DNA of 64,000 nucleotides from Octopus vulgaris (lineage: Eukaryota), in NCBI GenBank assembly GCA_951406725.2, contig OX597830.1, positions 54,994,001-55,058,000 on the forward strand. The letters run 5' to 3'. Each line of letters opens with the position of its first letter. Within the stretch, counting starts at the first letter, position 1. Position numbers and translations under genes: made by a program. Under the pieces are notes generated by a model. The model was given only the letters and a program-made list of their open reading frames with translations. It made no database searches and was not told where the DNA came from. Below are positions 41,851 through 55,339 of the stretch, in pieces.

Positions 41851-42073
41851 TATAAGTATATAAATGGAGTTGAACGCAGATGCTATTCAAATTCTTTTAC
41901 TTTCGACATATAATGTCTTGTTGTTGAGATAGGTTCCCTTTCTTTCCTGATGAGGAGATTGCATTTTACACCGTTTATTCCTTTGTAATAAAACCAATGT
42001 TGCCTTCAAAACATATGTCGAACGTAAAAGAATTTGAATAGCATCTGCATTCAACTCCATTTATTTACTTATA
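41851..42073 (+). mobile_element. Short fold-back unit (~60-bp inverted arms) enclosing a hammerhead with G12A
   Basis: 41851-41911 is approximately the reverse complement of 42013-42073. CTGATGA 41947-53 ... cAAAA C-ATAT-G TC gaa. Confidence 0.75.
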
Positions 42074-42248
42074 TATATATATAATTTGAAGGGCTTCCTT
42101 CAAATTCTGTCAACCAAATTCTCTCACAAGGTCCTGGTTGGCCCAAGCTTATAGGAGATGACACTTGCCCAATGCACCATGCAGTGAGACAGAACCCAGA
42201 ACTATGTGGTTGTGAAGCAAGGTTCTTGCTACATAGCTACATTTGTAA

Positions 42249-42283
<35 letters not shown>

Positions 42284-42455
42284 TGTTGATTTCATTATTT
42301 TTCTTCTTTTTTGCCATGAGTGAGTAACAATTATTGTTGTCTGTGGAGACATATTTTTGTAGAAAAAGGAAATAGTCGTCTTTTGGCTGCTATTTCTAAA
42401 CTTTTCGGTATGTGGTCAAGCAACTTGTGCTAAACCCTTATAGTTATAATTATAT

Positions 42456-42843
42456 GGTGGAAGCACTCCGTCGGTTACGACGATGAGGGTTCCGGTTGAT
42501 CCGAATCAATAGAACAGCCTGCACATGAAATTAACGTGTAAGTGGCTGAGCACTCCACAGACACGTGCACCCTTAACGTAGTTCTCAGGGATATTCAGCG
42601 TGACACAGAGAGTGACAAGGCCGGCCCCTTGAAATACAGGTACAACAGAAACAGGAAGTAAGAGTGAGAGAAAGTTGTGGTGAAAGAGTACAGCAGGGAT
42701 CACCACCATCCCCTGCCGGAGCGTCGTGGAGCTTTTAGGTGTTTTCGCTCTATAAACACTCACAACGCCCGGTCTGGGAATCGAAACCGCGATCCTATGA
42801 CCGCGAGTCCTCTGCCCTAACCACTGGGCCATTGTGCCTCCAC
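42456..42843 (-). mobile_element. Well-preserved tRNA-derived SINE with an 11-bp TSD
   Basis: Minus-strand head tggcccagtggttaggg...ggtttcgattccc. TSD tataattatat at 42445-55 and 42844-54. Partial copy at 28030-28232. Confidence 0.85.
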
Positions 42844-43368
42844 TATAATTATATATGTATATACATACAGATATATATGCATTCACCACACTTCCAGTTG
42901 GATTGGGGCTCCACATTTCACATCTTCCAATTCTGTCTTGATTTCTATGCCTTGATGCTCAAACTTATGTCATCGACCACAAAATATGGTGTACATGTTG
43001 TATTTTAAACACTAGAGAAGCTGCCGTGTCCTTAACAAGACTGAAGGACTCTCTTGACTCTGTTGTGTCTCCATTCAGTCTAGGCTGCATGACAAAAAGT
43101 GTCTGAAGTGATGAGGTACAAAAAAGGGAAATCCAGTGTAAATTGGCCAACAGCTTTCACTCACCATCTCTTGGCTTTATCTCATGCCTTTCCCAATCCT
43201 TCCTCAATCTCTCTCTCTCTCTCTTTCTCCCTCCCTCCCTCCCTCACTTCCTCCCTATTCCTTTTACACCCTCCATTTCTGTGTTTCTATTTCTCTTTCA
43301 TTTTCTTTCTATATTTCTCTTTATCTTTATCCCTTTCTGTGTCCGTTTCTCTCTCTCTCTCTCTCTCA

Positions 43369-43408
43369 CTCTGTTTGTCTCTCTCCCTATTTCTTGCCCT
43401 TACCATAG

Positions 43409-43440
<32 letters not shown>

Positions 43441-43590
43441 GTTTGTCTCTCTCCCTATTTCTTGCCCTTACCATAGCTCTCTCTCTCTCTCACTCTGTTT
43501 GTCTCTCTCCCTATTTCTTGCCCTCACCATAGCTCTCTCTCTCTCTCTCACTCTGTTTGTCTCTCTCCCTATTTCTTGCCCTTACCATAG

Positions 43591-43622
<32 letters not shown>

Positions 43623-43892
43623 GTTTGTCTCTCTCCCTATTTCTTGCCCTTACCATAGCTCTCTCTCTCTCTCTCTCTCACTCTGTTTGTCTCTCTCCCT
43701 ATTTCTTGCCCTTACCATAGCTCTCTCTCTCTCTCTCTCACTCTGTTTGTCTCTCTCCCTATTTCTTGCCCTTACCATAGCTCTCTCTCTCTCTCTCTCT
43801 CACTCTGTTTGTCTCTCTCCCTATTTCTTGCCCTTACCATAGCTCTCTCTCTCTCTGTTTGTCTCTCTCCCTATTTCTTGCCCTTACCATAG

Positions 43893-43923
<31 letters not shown>

Positions 43924-44012
43924 ACTCTGTTTGTCTCTCTCCCTATTTCTTGCCCTTACCATAGCTCTCTCTCTCTCTGTTTGTCTCTCTCCCTATTTCT
44001 TGCCCTTACCAT

Positions 44013-44058
<46 letters not shown>

Positions 44059-44138
44059 GTCTCTCTCCCTATTTCTTGCCCTTACCATAGCTCTCTCTCT
44101 CTCTGTTTGTCTCTCTCCCTATTTCTTGCCCTTACCAT

Positions 44139-44174
<36 letters not shown>

Positions 44175-44435
44175 GTCTCTCTCCCTATTTCTTGCCCTTA
44201 CCATAGCTCTCTCTCTTTCTGTTTGTCTCTCTCCCTATTTCTTGCCCTTACCATAGCTCTCTCTCTCTCTCTCTCTCACTCTGTTTGTCTCTCTCCCTAT
44301 TTCTTGCCCTTACCATAGCTCTCTCTCTCTCTGTTTGTCTCTCTCCCTATTTCTTGCCCTTACCATAGCTCTCTCTCTCCTTCTCTCTCTCTCTCTGTTT
44401 GTCTCTCTCCCTATTTCTTGCCCTTACCATAGCTC
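43369..44435. repeat. Minisatellite: ~18 copies of ctctgtttgtctctctccctatttcttgcccttaccatag plus variable (CT)n
   Basis: Direct reading. The 40-bp core is nearly invariant. Confidence 0.95.
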
Positions 44436-45320
44436 TCCCTCTCTCTCTCTCTCTTCTCTCTCTTCTTCTCAAACACTTTCTCTGTTTCTCTTTCTCTCGC
44501 TGTCTTTCTTTCTCCACTGCTCCTCTTTCCGATTTCTATTCCCCAATCAATCACTGTCCTCACTCATACTACTTCCTATTCTCTCTATCTCTCTCCCACG
44601 TTTTCTCGCCTCCTCAATCTCTCCTTCCCCCACTTTATATCTCTCCTCTCTCTCTCTCTCCCTTCCCACTCTTTCAATCTTTCCTCCTCTCTCTCTCTTT
44701 CTGTCTCTTTCTCTCTGCCAATATAAGAGAGTGCCGTCTAATTACTGCTATATAATGAAATACACAATACGCAATAAAGTGAATCTAGAGGACAATGAAA
44801 CATAATGAGCAGTGGGGGGGGGAAGTGATGATTGTTAAGGAGATGTGAAATTAAAAAGTATGATATAGCAAAAAATAAAAAAAAAAATGAAATATTACTG
44901 CTATTAATTACTGATATTGAATATAATTAAGAAATACATATCGTAGGTGGAGGTGTAGATGTGTGGTAAGAAGCTTGCTTCACAACCACATGGTCCTGGG
45001 TTCAGTCCCACTGCATGGCACCTTGGGCAAGTGTCTTCTAATATAGCCTCAGGCCAGCCAAAGCCTTGTGAGTGTATTTGGTAGATGAAAACTGAAAGAA
45101 GCCCATCATGTATATATATATGTGTGTGTGTGTGTGTCTTTGTGTCTGTGTTTTTCCACCCACCACCATCACAATGCTGGTGTGTTTATGTCCCCATAAA
45201 TTAGCAGTTTGGCAAAAGACACCAACAGTATAAGTACTAGGCTTTCAAAGAATAAATCCTGGGGTCGATTTCTTTGACTAAAAACCCTAAAAAAAGTGTA
45301 AAAGAATATATATGTATGTA

Positions 45321-45358
<38 letters not shown>

Positions 45359-46088
45359 GTATGGTCTCTAGAGCTGGAGTTAAACTTTTGGCAAGCCTGT
45401 GAGTGTAGCTATGTGGTGCAGCTGTGTGAAGAAGTTTGCATTGCAACTGTGTGGTTCCAAGTTCAATACCCTTGTGTGACATCCTCATTAACAACATCAT
45501 TGTTATCATCATCATCATTGTCATCTATATTGTCATCATTGCTATCATCATCAACCTCGGTGTTGTTGTCATCACCATCATCGTCTTTGCCATGGTCATC
45601 GCCATCGCCATTGTCATCATCACCATGATCATCATCATGGTCATTGTCATCATCAATCATCATCATCATCATTGTTGTCATTGGCATCATTGTTGTCAGT
45701 TTACTTTCTCTTTCCATCAGTGTCAGTTTACTTTCTCTTTCCATCCAGGCATGAGTTGGATGAGTTGTAAAATAATGGTTCTTATACATGTCGTCTAGCT
45801 TCGTTTGTACAGTGTACGACTGCAATAAATTCAAGTTATATTTTCTTAATGCTTAATTGGTATCTAAAACATATCAAATGTTTACAGTCATCTGACTGTG
45901 GCCATGCTGGAACACCACCTTTAGTTGAACAAATCGATCCCAGGACTTATTCTATCGTCTCTTTTTGCTGACTTGCTAAGTTACAGGGACTTAAACACAC
46001 CAGCATCGGTTGTTAAGTGATGCTGGGGGGACAAACACAGACTCACAAACATACACACACATATATATATGTATACACACTCACACAC

Positions 46089-46139
<51 letters not shown>

Positions 46140-46913
46140 GATATATACAGCAGGCTTCTTTCAGTTTCCGTCTATCAAATCCACTCACAAAGCTTTTGTC
46201 AGCCCGAGGCTATATTAGAGGACACTTGCCCAAGGTGCCATGCAGTAGGACTGAACCCAGAACCATGTGGTTTGGAAGCAAGCTTCTTACCATACAAAAT
46301 CTTATATAGACTCTCAAGAGCCATTTGCTGCCCTGGTTGAGAACCATTGGGTTAGTCAAAGGTGATTTTCAACAAATCCCAAGCAGAACGATGACATCTC
46401 TCAAAAGACCCAAGTTGATCAAGACAGAATGCTATATTCCGTGTTTTTGCTCAGCTGGCGAGAAGTTACTCTGAAATTCTTTGCTATTTGCCCCTGGGAA
46501 AGTCACATGTAGGTTTGCCAAAAATCTGATACCTTGGAAAAATCAAGAATTTCTTTTGAATTTTAAGTTCTAGTTATATGGCTTGGCATTTTGTTGGAAT
46601 TTCAGGTTTATAGGATGGATGTATCACAATATAAACAAAAGGGAATGGTTATTAGTCATAGTAATGATAAAAATTATGAAATAATGGGTGTCTACTTTCT
46701 TTCTCACAGCATTTCTGTATGTGTACACACACACAAACATGTACATATAAGTATGTGTGTGTGTGTGTGTATGTGTATGCACATATATATATGTGTGTGT
46801 GTGTACATATATATCTATATATCTATATATGTATATAGATATATTGATAGATAGATATAGATATCATTTCACATGTTTCAGTCATTTGATTGTGACCATG
46901 CTGAAGCACCACC

Positions 46914-46973
<60 letters not shown>

Positions 46974-46976
<3 letters not shown>

Positions 46977-47368
46977 TTATATATAAAAGTGAGGTTGTGT
47001 GCTGTCTGTCTCCTACAATTTAGATTCCTAACTACTCCCTCATTTTGCGGTGCAGTTTAACCAAAACCGGGTATCTAATATTCGTGATTCATATTGAGCC
47101 CTTCTGGGTATTAGCGCACGTCTTCGATGCGTCTACGATTTTTAAAAAATTTACAATCAATTTTCCCCATTTTTAATGCATTTTTGGCATATATAAGGGA
47201 AGTAACTCTCTAAAAATTCATTATTAAATCTCAGAACGTAAAAAGCTACAGTAACACCCCACCTTTGTGGTTAGCCATATTGAGATGGCTATTATACTTT
47301 ACATCTCTAAAAATGCTTATATAGTTATTTCCCTTACAAACCCGAGCAATGCCGGGTGATACTGCTAG
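46974..47368 (+). mobile_element. Non-autonomous Helitron
   Basis: 5' a|TC start; 3' hairpin cccgagc-aat-gccggg followed by CTAG|t; inserted in (TA)n. Confidence 0.75.
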
Positions 47369-47392
<24 letters not shown>

Positions 47393-47399
<7 letters not shown>

Positions 47400-47514
47400 G
47401 CTGCAAAAATATTACAAAAAAACTGCTACTCACAGTTTCACATTCCCACAGCAGCATGATGAACAGGAATGTGAAACTCTGAGTAGCAGTTTTTTTGTTT
47501 TTGCAGCTTTAATA
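47393..47514 (+). repeat. Short fold-back unit with a degenerate hammerhead
   Basis: Arms tattaaagctgcaaaaa...ctgctactcacagtttcacattcc / ggaatgtgaaactctgagtagcag...tttttgcagctttaata. Motif aTGATGA aca-ggaa-tgt GAAA ctc-t-gag TA gcag. Confidence 0.7.
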
Positions 47515-48044
47515 GAAAAGCATATTACTCCTACATGCTTACTAGTGTATATATATAATATATATAGGTATACATGTTAAATGTACTCTTTATTCTTTTC
47601 CTCTTTCACTCTTTTACTTGTTTCAGTCATTTGACTGCAGCCATGCTGGAGCACTGCCTTTAGTCAAGCAAATCGACCCCAGAGCATATTCTTTGTAAGC
47701 CTAGTACTTATTCCATCAGTATCTTTTGCCAAACTGCTAAGTTACAGGGATGTAAACACACCAGCATCGGTTGTCAAGCAATGTTGGGGGTCAAACACAA
47801 ACCCACAAACATGTACATACACAAACATACACAAATATATACATATACGATGGGCTTCTTCTAGTTTCAGTCTACCACATCCACTCACAAGGTTTTGGTC
47901 AGCCTGAGGCTATAGTAGAAGACACTTGCCCAAGGTGCCACGCAGTGAGACTGAACCTGGGACCATGTGGCTGGTAAGCAAGCTACTTACCACACAGCCA
48001 CTCCTGTACCTATATGCATATGTGTACATATATAATACATACAT

Positions 48045-48088
<44 letters not shown>

Positions 48089-48202
48089 ATGTATATGTAT
48101 GTATATATATACGTTATATATGTGCATACATGTATGTATTGGTTTTCATAAACATTCATATGTGAAAATATACATGCACATACTCACACACACACACACA
48201 CA

Positions 48203-48245
<43 letters not shown>

Positions 48246-48566
48246 TATATATGTATACATGCATACATACATACATACATACATACATACGTACTTGTAT
48301 TCATTAAATATACATGCAAATATATAAATATATTTGCATGTGTGTCTGGTAAGAAGATTATAACACAAGGGCGGAGTAACTAAGTGTAGCGATGCAGTGA
48401 ATCCTTAATTCTGAATGATGAATACATACATGCTTATAGTCATATGTACACCTATATACATACATGCATGCTCACGTACATGCACATATACATATAATGA
48501 TACATCCATACATATATATATGTGTGTATGTCTATGTGTGGGTGTGTGTGCTTGTATACATACTCT

Positions 48567-48630
<64 letters not shown>

Positions 48631-51422
48631 TAAACAGTACCCTAAATTCGGCAAGTCTCCCACCTCAGCCCTTCATAATCATTATCATCATCTTCATCTA
48701 GAATATGAGCAATATCTGGCTGTATATATGTGGGTTGTGAGGGGTGATGAGGGAGAGATAATTGAAAATGGATACCACCCTGTCCCCATTTGGGTTTTAC
48801 AACCAGCCAGTAAGTACCACCACCACCACCACCACCCTGCCACCGCCACCTCCACCACCACCACCACCAACACTACCACTTACCATAACATTACATCAGC
48901 CCACCACCCTCTGCCACATCATGGAAACCCTATCTCTGAACTCAACCAGCTGCTTACTAACTAACTCCTCCCTTTACAATAGCTTTTAGAAGACAAACCC
49001 AGCATTATATAGATCCATTTTATTATGGCTGGCTTGTTATGTATTTTAGCAACACCACACCACTCACGTCGTCCTCACGTACCCCCATGTGGACACCACC
49101 ATCACTGCCACCACAACCGCTGCAACCATCCTCACCACCATTATTTCCACCACCACCACCACCACCACCACCACCATCACCATCACCATCATCACCTCCA
49201 TGTCACAGCTGTTCTCACATCTATTATTTTGCCTCCCCTCCAAGTTTACACAAACATATTCCCTTCTCCCATTCTTCTTCTAGTTCATCTTTGTCTCCTC
49301 CTCCCCTTCCTTCTCCTCCTCCTGCTCTTCTTCTTATTCTATACCTGTTTACCTTACTCTAATAGTTGTTAATATAGAAACTAAGCTACCCCCTCTCTCT
49401 CTCTCGCTCTCTATCTCTCTCTCTCTCTCACTCTCTCTCTCACTCTCTCTCTCTCACTCTCTCTCTCACTCTCTCTCACTCTCTCTCACTCTCTCTCTCT
49501 CTCTCACTCTCTCTCTCACTGATATAGCCAAACAACAATTTTTTTCATTTGAAATTTAACCCAGTTAAACTTCATTCACCCAATCCCCACTACTGGCCCT
49601 TTTTAAGCCCCACCCTACTGTCTTACAGAATCGGTAGGCAGAAAGAACTCTGAGGTCAAAATAACCTCCAAGTTATTTTGTTATATCCATTTACATTCAG
49701 TGTTCAAATTCAACAGTGAAAATAAAGTCTCAGTCAAATACAGGGATCAGTTTCATTGATTACGTCCTCTTCAGAGCCAATGTAGGAACCTTTACATTGT
49801 TGTACAACATGCAAGAAATAGCAGTCAGATTTTCCTCAAATCACTAGTTAATCATCATCATCATCATCATCATCGTTTAACGTCCGCTTTCCATGCTAGC
49901 ATGGGTTGGACGAATGACTGAGGGCTGGCGAAACCGGATGGCTGCACCAGGCTTCAATCTTGATCTGGCAGAGTTTCTACAGCTGGATGCCCTTCCTAAC
50001 TCCAACCACTCCAAGAGTGTAGTGGGTGCTTTTACATGCCACTAGTACGGGGCCAGTCAGGCAGTACTGGCAATGACCTCGCTCGAATCTTTTACACATG
50101 CCACTGTCACAGGGCCAATAATGCTCGAATAGTGTCTTTTACGTGCCACCACCACAGAGGCCAAAGCCGCTCTAGCAACGATCATGCTTGGATGGGGCTC
50201 TTAATACCCTACTAGCACAGGGCTCGAGTGCCAGTAAGGCGATGCTGGTAACAATCATGCTCAAATGGTGCCTTTTAAGTGCCACTGGCACGGAAGCTGG
50301 TTAGCCGCTCTGTCAATGATCACACTTGTATGGTGCTCTTTGCACCCCACTAGCACGGACACCAGTCATCGAATTTGATTTTGATTTTGATTTTAATTTT
50401 TTTTTTTTTTGGTGTACTGGCAGAATCATTGGCATGAAAGACAAAATGCTAAGTGGTATTTCATCCTTCTTTAAATTCCATGTTCAAATTCCACTGAAGC
50501 TAACTTTACTTTCATTCATCCTTTTGGGATAAAATAAGTGCCATTTGAGCGCTGGGTTTGGTGTAATCATCTTACCCCCACCCCGAAAATTGCTGGCTCT
50601 GTGCAAAAATTTGAAACCAATACCTTAGAAAAAGGATGTTGGATAATATGGCATGGGGTTCTTTGCACGTAGTAATAAACCCTGGATAGCCAAAGCTTGG
50701 TTGCTCTTGATCATAGGTCTTCTGAAGCAAAGCTAACCAAGGGTCAAATAACAACTCTGCTCTCATCATCATCATCATCATCATCGTTTAACGTCCGCTT
50801 TCCATGCTAGCATGGGTTGGACGGTTCAACTGGGGTCTGGCAGGCCCGAAGGCTGCACCAGGCCAGTCAGATCTGGCAGTGTTTCTACAGCTGGATGCCC
50901 TTCCTAACGCCAACCACTCCGAGAGTGTAGTGGGTGATTTTATGTGCCACCGACACAGGTGCCAGACAAGGCTGGCAAACGGTCACGCTCAAATGGTGTT
51001 TTTTATGTGCCACCGACACAGGTGCCAGACGAGGCTATATATATATATATACATATATACGACAGGCTTCTTTCAGTTTCCGTCTACCAAATCCACTCAC
51101 AATGTATTGGTCGGCCCGGGGCTATAGCAGAAGACACTTGCCCAAGATGTCACGCAGTGGGACTGAACCCGGAACCATGTGGTTGGTTAGCAAGCTACTT
51201 ACCACACAGCCACTCCTGCGCTCTCTCACTCAAAATGTGTGGTGTTTAGTCTTTCTTCGTGTTCTGAGTTCAAATTCCCCTGAGCTCAACTTCACTTTTC
51301 ATGCTTTCGAGATCAATAAAATAAAGTACCAGTTGAGCACTGGGAATTACTATCTTCTACCCTCAAAAGTGTCAGGCCTTGTGTCCACAATAAAAAGGAC
51401 TATTATTATTATTATTATGATT

Positions 51423-51550
<128 letters not shown>

Positions 51551-51562
51551 GATGGTAAGCTG

Positions 51563-51739
51563 CACTAACGTAGCTGGGGAGAGTAGGGGGCAGTTTGTAC
51601 TGGGCAGCACTTTTAAAGGGGCAGCACTTTTTATCCTGTTGTAGGCTATTGCTGTAGGCAACATGTGTCTTTTTGTGGGGTCCAGGGGTTGCAAACAGAA
51701 GGGCCGCCCTGGGCAGCACACACTCTGGCTACGCTAGTG
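51563..51739. mobile_element. hAT-like MITE inserted into a SINE head
   Basis: TIRs cactaacgtagc / gctacgctagtg. Degenerate 8-bp TSD gtaagctg / gagagcta. Confidence 0.6.
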
Positions 51740-51946
51740 GAGAGCTAGCAGAATCATCATCATACTCGATAAAATGCTTAGTAGTCTTTCATCTACCACT
51801 ACATTCTGAGTTCAAATTCCACCAAGGTTGAGTTTGCCTTTCCTCCTGTCAGGGTTGATAAATTAAGCACCAGTCAAGTACCAGAGTCGATATGGTCAAC
51901 TTACCCCATCTTCCAAAATTTTAGGCTTTTGCCTATAGTAGAAAAG

Positions 51947-52011
<65 letters not shown>

Positions 52012-55000
52012 GGTGGTGAGCTGGCAGAATTGTTGGCATACTGGACGAAAATGCTTCATGGCATTTTGCCAGTCTTTATATTCTCAGTTCAAATTCTTCT
52101 GAGTTTAACTTTGTCTTTCATCCTTTTGCAGGGGTCAATAAAATAAGTATTATTTGAACACTGGGGATGATGCAATCAACTATGCCCCACCCCAAAATTT
52201 CAAGCCTTTTGTTTATTGTAGAGAATATAATTATACACTGGGGTCGATATAATCAACTTAATCCGTTTATCTGTCCTTGTTTGTCCTCTCTGTGTTTAGC
52301 CCCTTGTGGGTAGTAAAGAAATAGGTGGAGGTGGTGTCGGTGGTGGTGGTGGTGATAACGATAACGATAATAACAATGATGATGATGATGATGGCAATGA
52401 CAATGACGATGACGACGATGATGATGTTGATGATGATGACGATGACGACTACAATGACAATGATGATGATGATGATGATGATGACTGTGAATATATGGTC
52501 CCTGAAGAACCGTGCATAGCAAGACTGAGACCTGTCAGTTAGCCCACCCTTTCTCTGTGCGTGGAATGGAGAAAGTGTTATTTGCTTATATTTCGTTCAA
52601 TGTGTTTGAACATACACTACTTACCAGTGAGTGTAAACCACTGAATATCTGGTTTATGCAAAATATGCTGCTTAGCACATCAATAATTAATTAATATTTA
52701 TATCCTGGATTTAAATTCCACCCAGGTCTACTTTCACTTTCATCTCTCTGATGTTTAATTGATGAAATAAATACTAAGGTCGATGTAATCGACTATACCG
52801 TGGAAAGAGGCAATAGTACAACAATAGATATATGGGTGTGTGTGTATGCGTGTGTATATGTGTGTGTAGATGTGTGTTGAATTTAAGTGCGTGTGTGTAT
52901 ATGAGAGAGAGAGGGAGGGAGAGAATGAGAGAGTTTTTGTGTGAGTGTGTGTGTGTATGTGTGTGTGTGTGAGTGTGAGTGTGTGTGTATGTGTGTGTGT
53001 GTGTATGTGTGCAACCATGCCAGTATGAAAAGCAGATGTAAAATGGTAATGATACATATATATATATATATATATCAAGGCAGCATGCTGGCAGAATTGT
53101 TCCAGATAAAATGCTTGGTGGTATTTCATCCGTTGGTGCTTAAAGCCAGTGAGCTGGCAGAATAGTTAGCACACCAGGCAAAATGCTTAGCAGCATTTAG
53201 TCCATCTTCACGTTCTGAGTTCACATGTTGCTGGGGCAAACTTTGCTTTTTGACCTTTTGAGGTCAATAGAATAATTACGTATTCAACACTGGGGTCGAT
53301 ATAATTGATTTAAACCCGCTCCCAAAAATGCTGGCTTTGTGCCAAAATTTGAAATCATTATTAAGTTGGTGTTTGGACATAAACCAACATGAAATTTTGA
53401 TGGAAACATTTTAAAGAAGATGACTTTGAAATGAAAAGTTTATAGCATAAAACCAAGGGTGGTCTGAAACAGATTGGTATCAAAAGGATTTTGTCTATTA
53501 CTCAAGAATTATGACAGTCCTTTTGGTCAGCTTCTTTACCGTTTCCATCTAGTAAATTTCACTCAGATGGCTTTGACTGACTAGAAACCAAGGTGTCATG
53601 CAACAGGATTGAACCCAAAGCTACAGAGTTTCAGACAGACTTCTTAACTACTCAGCAATGCCAGAATCCTATCTGATGTATAGTCAACTATGACTTAACA
53701 TATGGTATGCAGTTGACTGGCATGCAGCTGACATGCAAGAAATAGCAGCCAAATCTCCCTTAAAAAAATATAGCTAAAAAATACACTGCGACTGTTTTTG
53801 TTGTTGTTGTGTTTCTTTAGTTATAAGTGAGCCCTGGTTGAATAACTGCCAAGATCAAAGGCATGGAAACCATAGGGTCAAAATTATTATTTGTGAAGGC
53901 AGCGAGCTGGCAGAATTGTTAGCATGTCAGGCAAAAATCTTAGTGATATTTCGCCTGCTGCTGGTATTTCAACTTCAATTTCACCAAGGTCAACTTTGCT
54001 TTTTATCCTTTCGGAGGTCAATAGATTAAGTCCCAGTGAAACACTGGGATCGATATAATCAACTAGTCTCCTCTCATATAATTTCAAGGCCTTGTGCCTT
54101 CAGTAGAAAGGGTTATTAGCTGCGGTTGAAGGTAGCAAGCTAGTAGAATTGTTACTGCACAGGAAAAAATGCTTAATGGCATTTCTTCCAATCTTATGTT
54201 CTGAGTTCAAATGTCACTGGGGTCAACTTTGCCTTTCATCCTTTCTGGGTTGATAAATTAAGTACCAGTTATGCACTGGGGTTGAAGTAATTGTCTTAAC
54301 CTGAAATTGCCAAAATTCGAAATCATTATTAGTTGAGGTTATCTATGGCTGCTGTATAAACTGATATGATTTCCTACCCACCATTTTTTTTATTAAAAAA
54401 AATGTAGGGTGTTGGGTGAGGGACATGTGACTGTTATTTCTAGCAGACTAATCGACCATGTAGAGGCTTCCTTGGTTCGCAGAGGTGAGTATCTAAAGTG
54501 GTTGTTTGTGGTAGAAACAAGCTGAAGATTGATTTGGAAAAAGCGGTTAGGAAACCTGATCTGAAAATATTAAGTTTGCTCAGAGAGAAATGAGATGATA
54601 TCGGAAGATGAAATTATAGACAGCCAACATATAGATATGTGTGTGTGTGTGTATGTGTGTGTGTGTGTGTGTGTGTATTGCCTGTCTACTATATATATAT
54701 ATATATATGTACACACACACACACACACACAAATGCACACGTGCGCACACACACACTTGCATACATATGTGTATTTATAGATATACATACATACATATAT
54801 ATATATACATACACACACACACATTCATATTTGTATTTGTATTCATATATATATATATGTGTGTGTGTGTGTATGTATGTATGTATGGTATGTATGTCTA
54901 TGTATACATACTGCACTGCAGTAGCAGCAGCAGCAGCCGTTGGAGTAGCAGATCTATACTGGCATAGAAAGAAAAGAAAAGAAAAGAAGGTAAAGGAAAA

Positions 55001-55339
55001 AGTGTACTTTAAAAACCGATGATAACGATGATGACTAAAGAGAGAGTGATCAATACGACTAACAGAAGAAGCCTTCAGTCAAATGGTGTAGTTGAGTAAA
55101 TCAATAAGTTACAGCCCCTGCTCTTCTTTTCCTCTCCTTCTTCTTCGTTTCTGTTCTGCGTTCGGCTGCACAGTGGTCTGGCCTTGGACACTTCCATCGA
55201 ACATGTCGGTATTTTTTGTCTTCTCTTGGAATAAGATGCTGGCCTCTCATTCAGCACTTTCCCGTTTTGTGAGAGTGCAGGTTTGCTGTGAATGGCAGTT
55301 CCCGAGACTCTTGTAGTATTGCAACATAGTTTGTATGGA

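Noticed and set aside
42765-42843. tRNA gene
   Set aside because: The A/B-box head continues into a SINE body with a TSD, and a second partial copy is present; it is a tRNA-derived SINE.
43369-44435. CRISPR-like repeat/spacer appearance
   Set aside because: Spacers are only (CT)n of varying length, the context is eukaryotic, and there are no cas genes.
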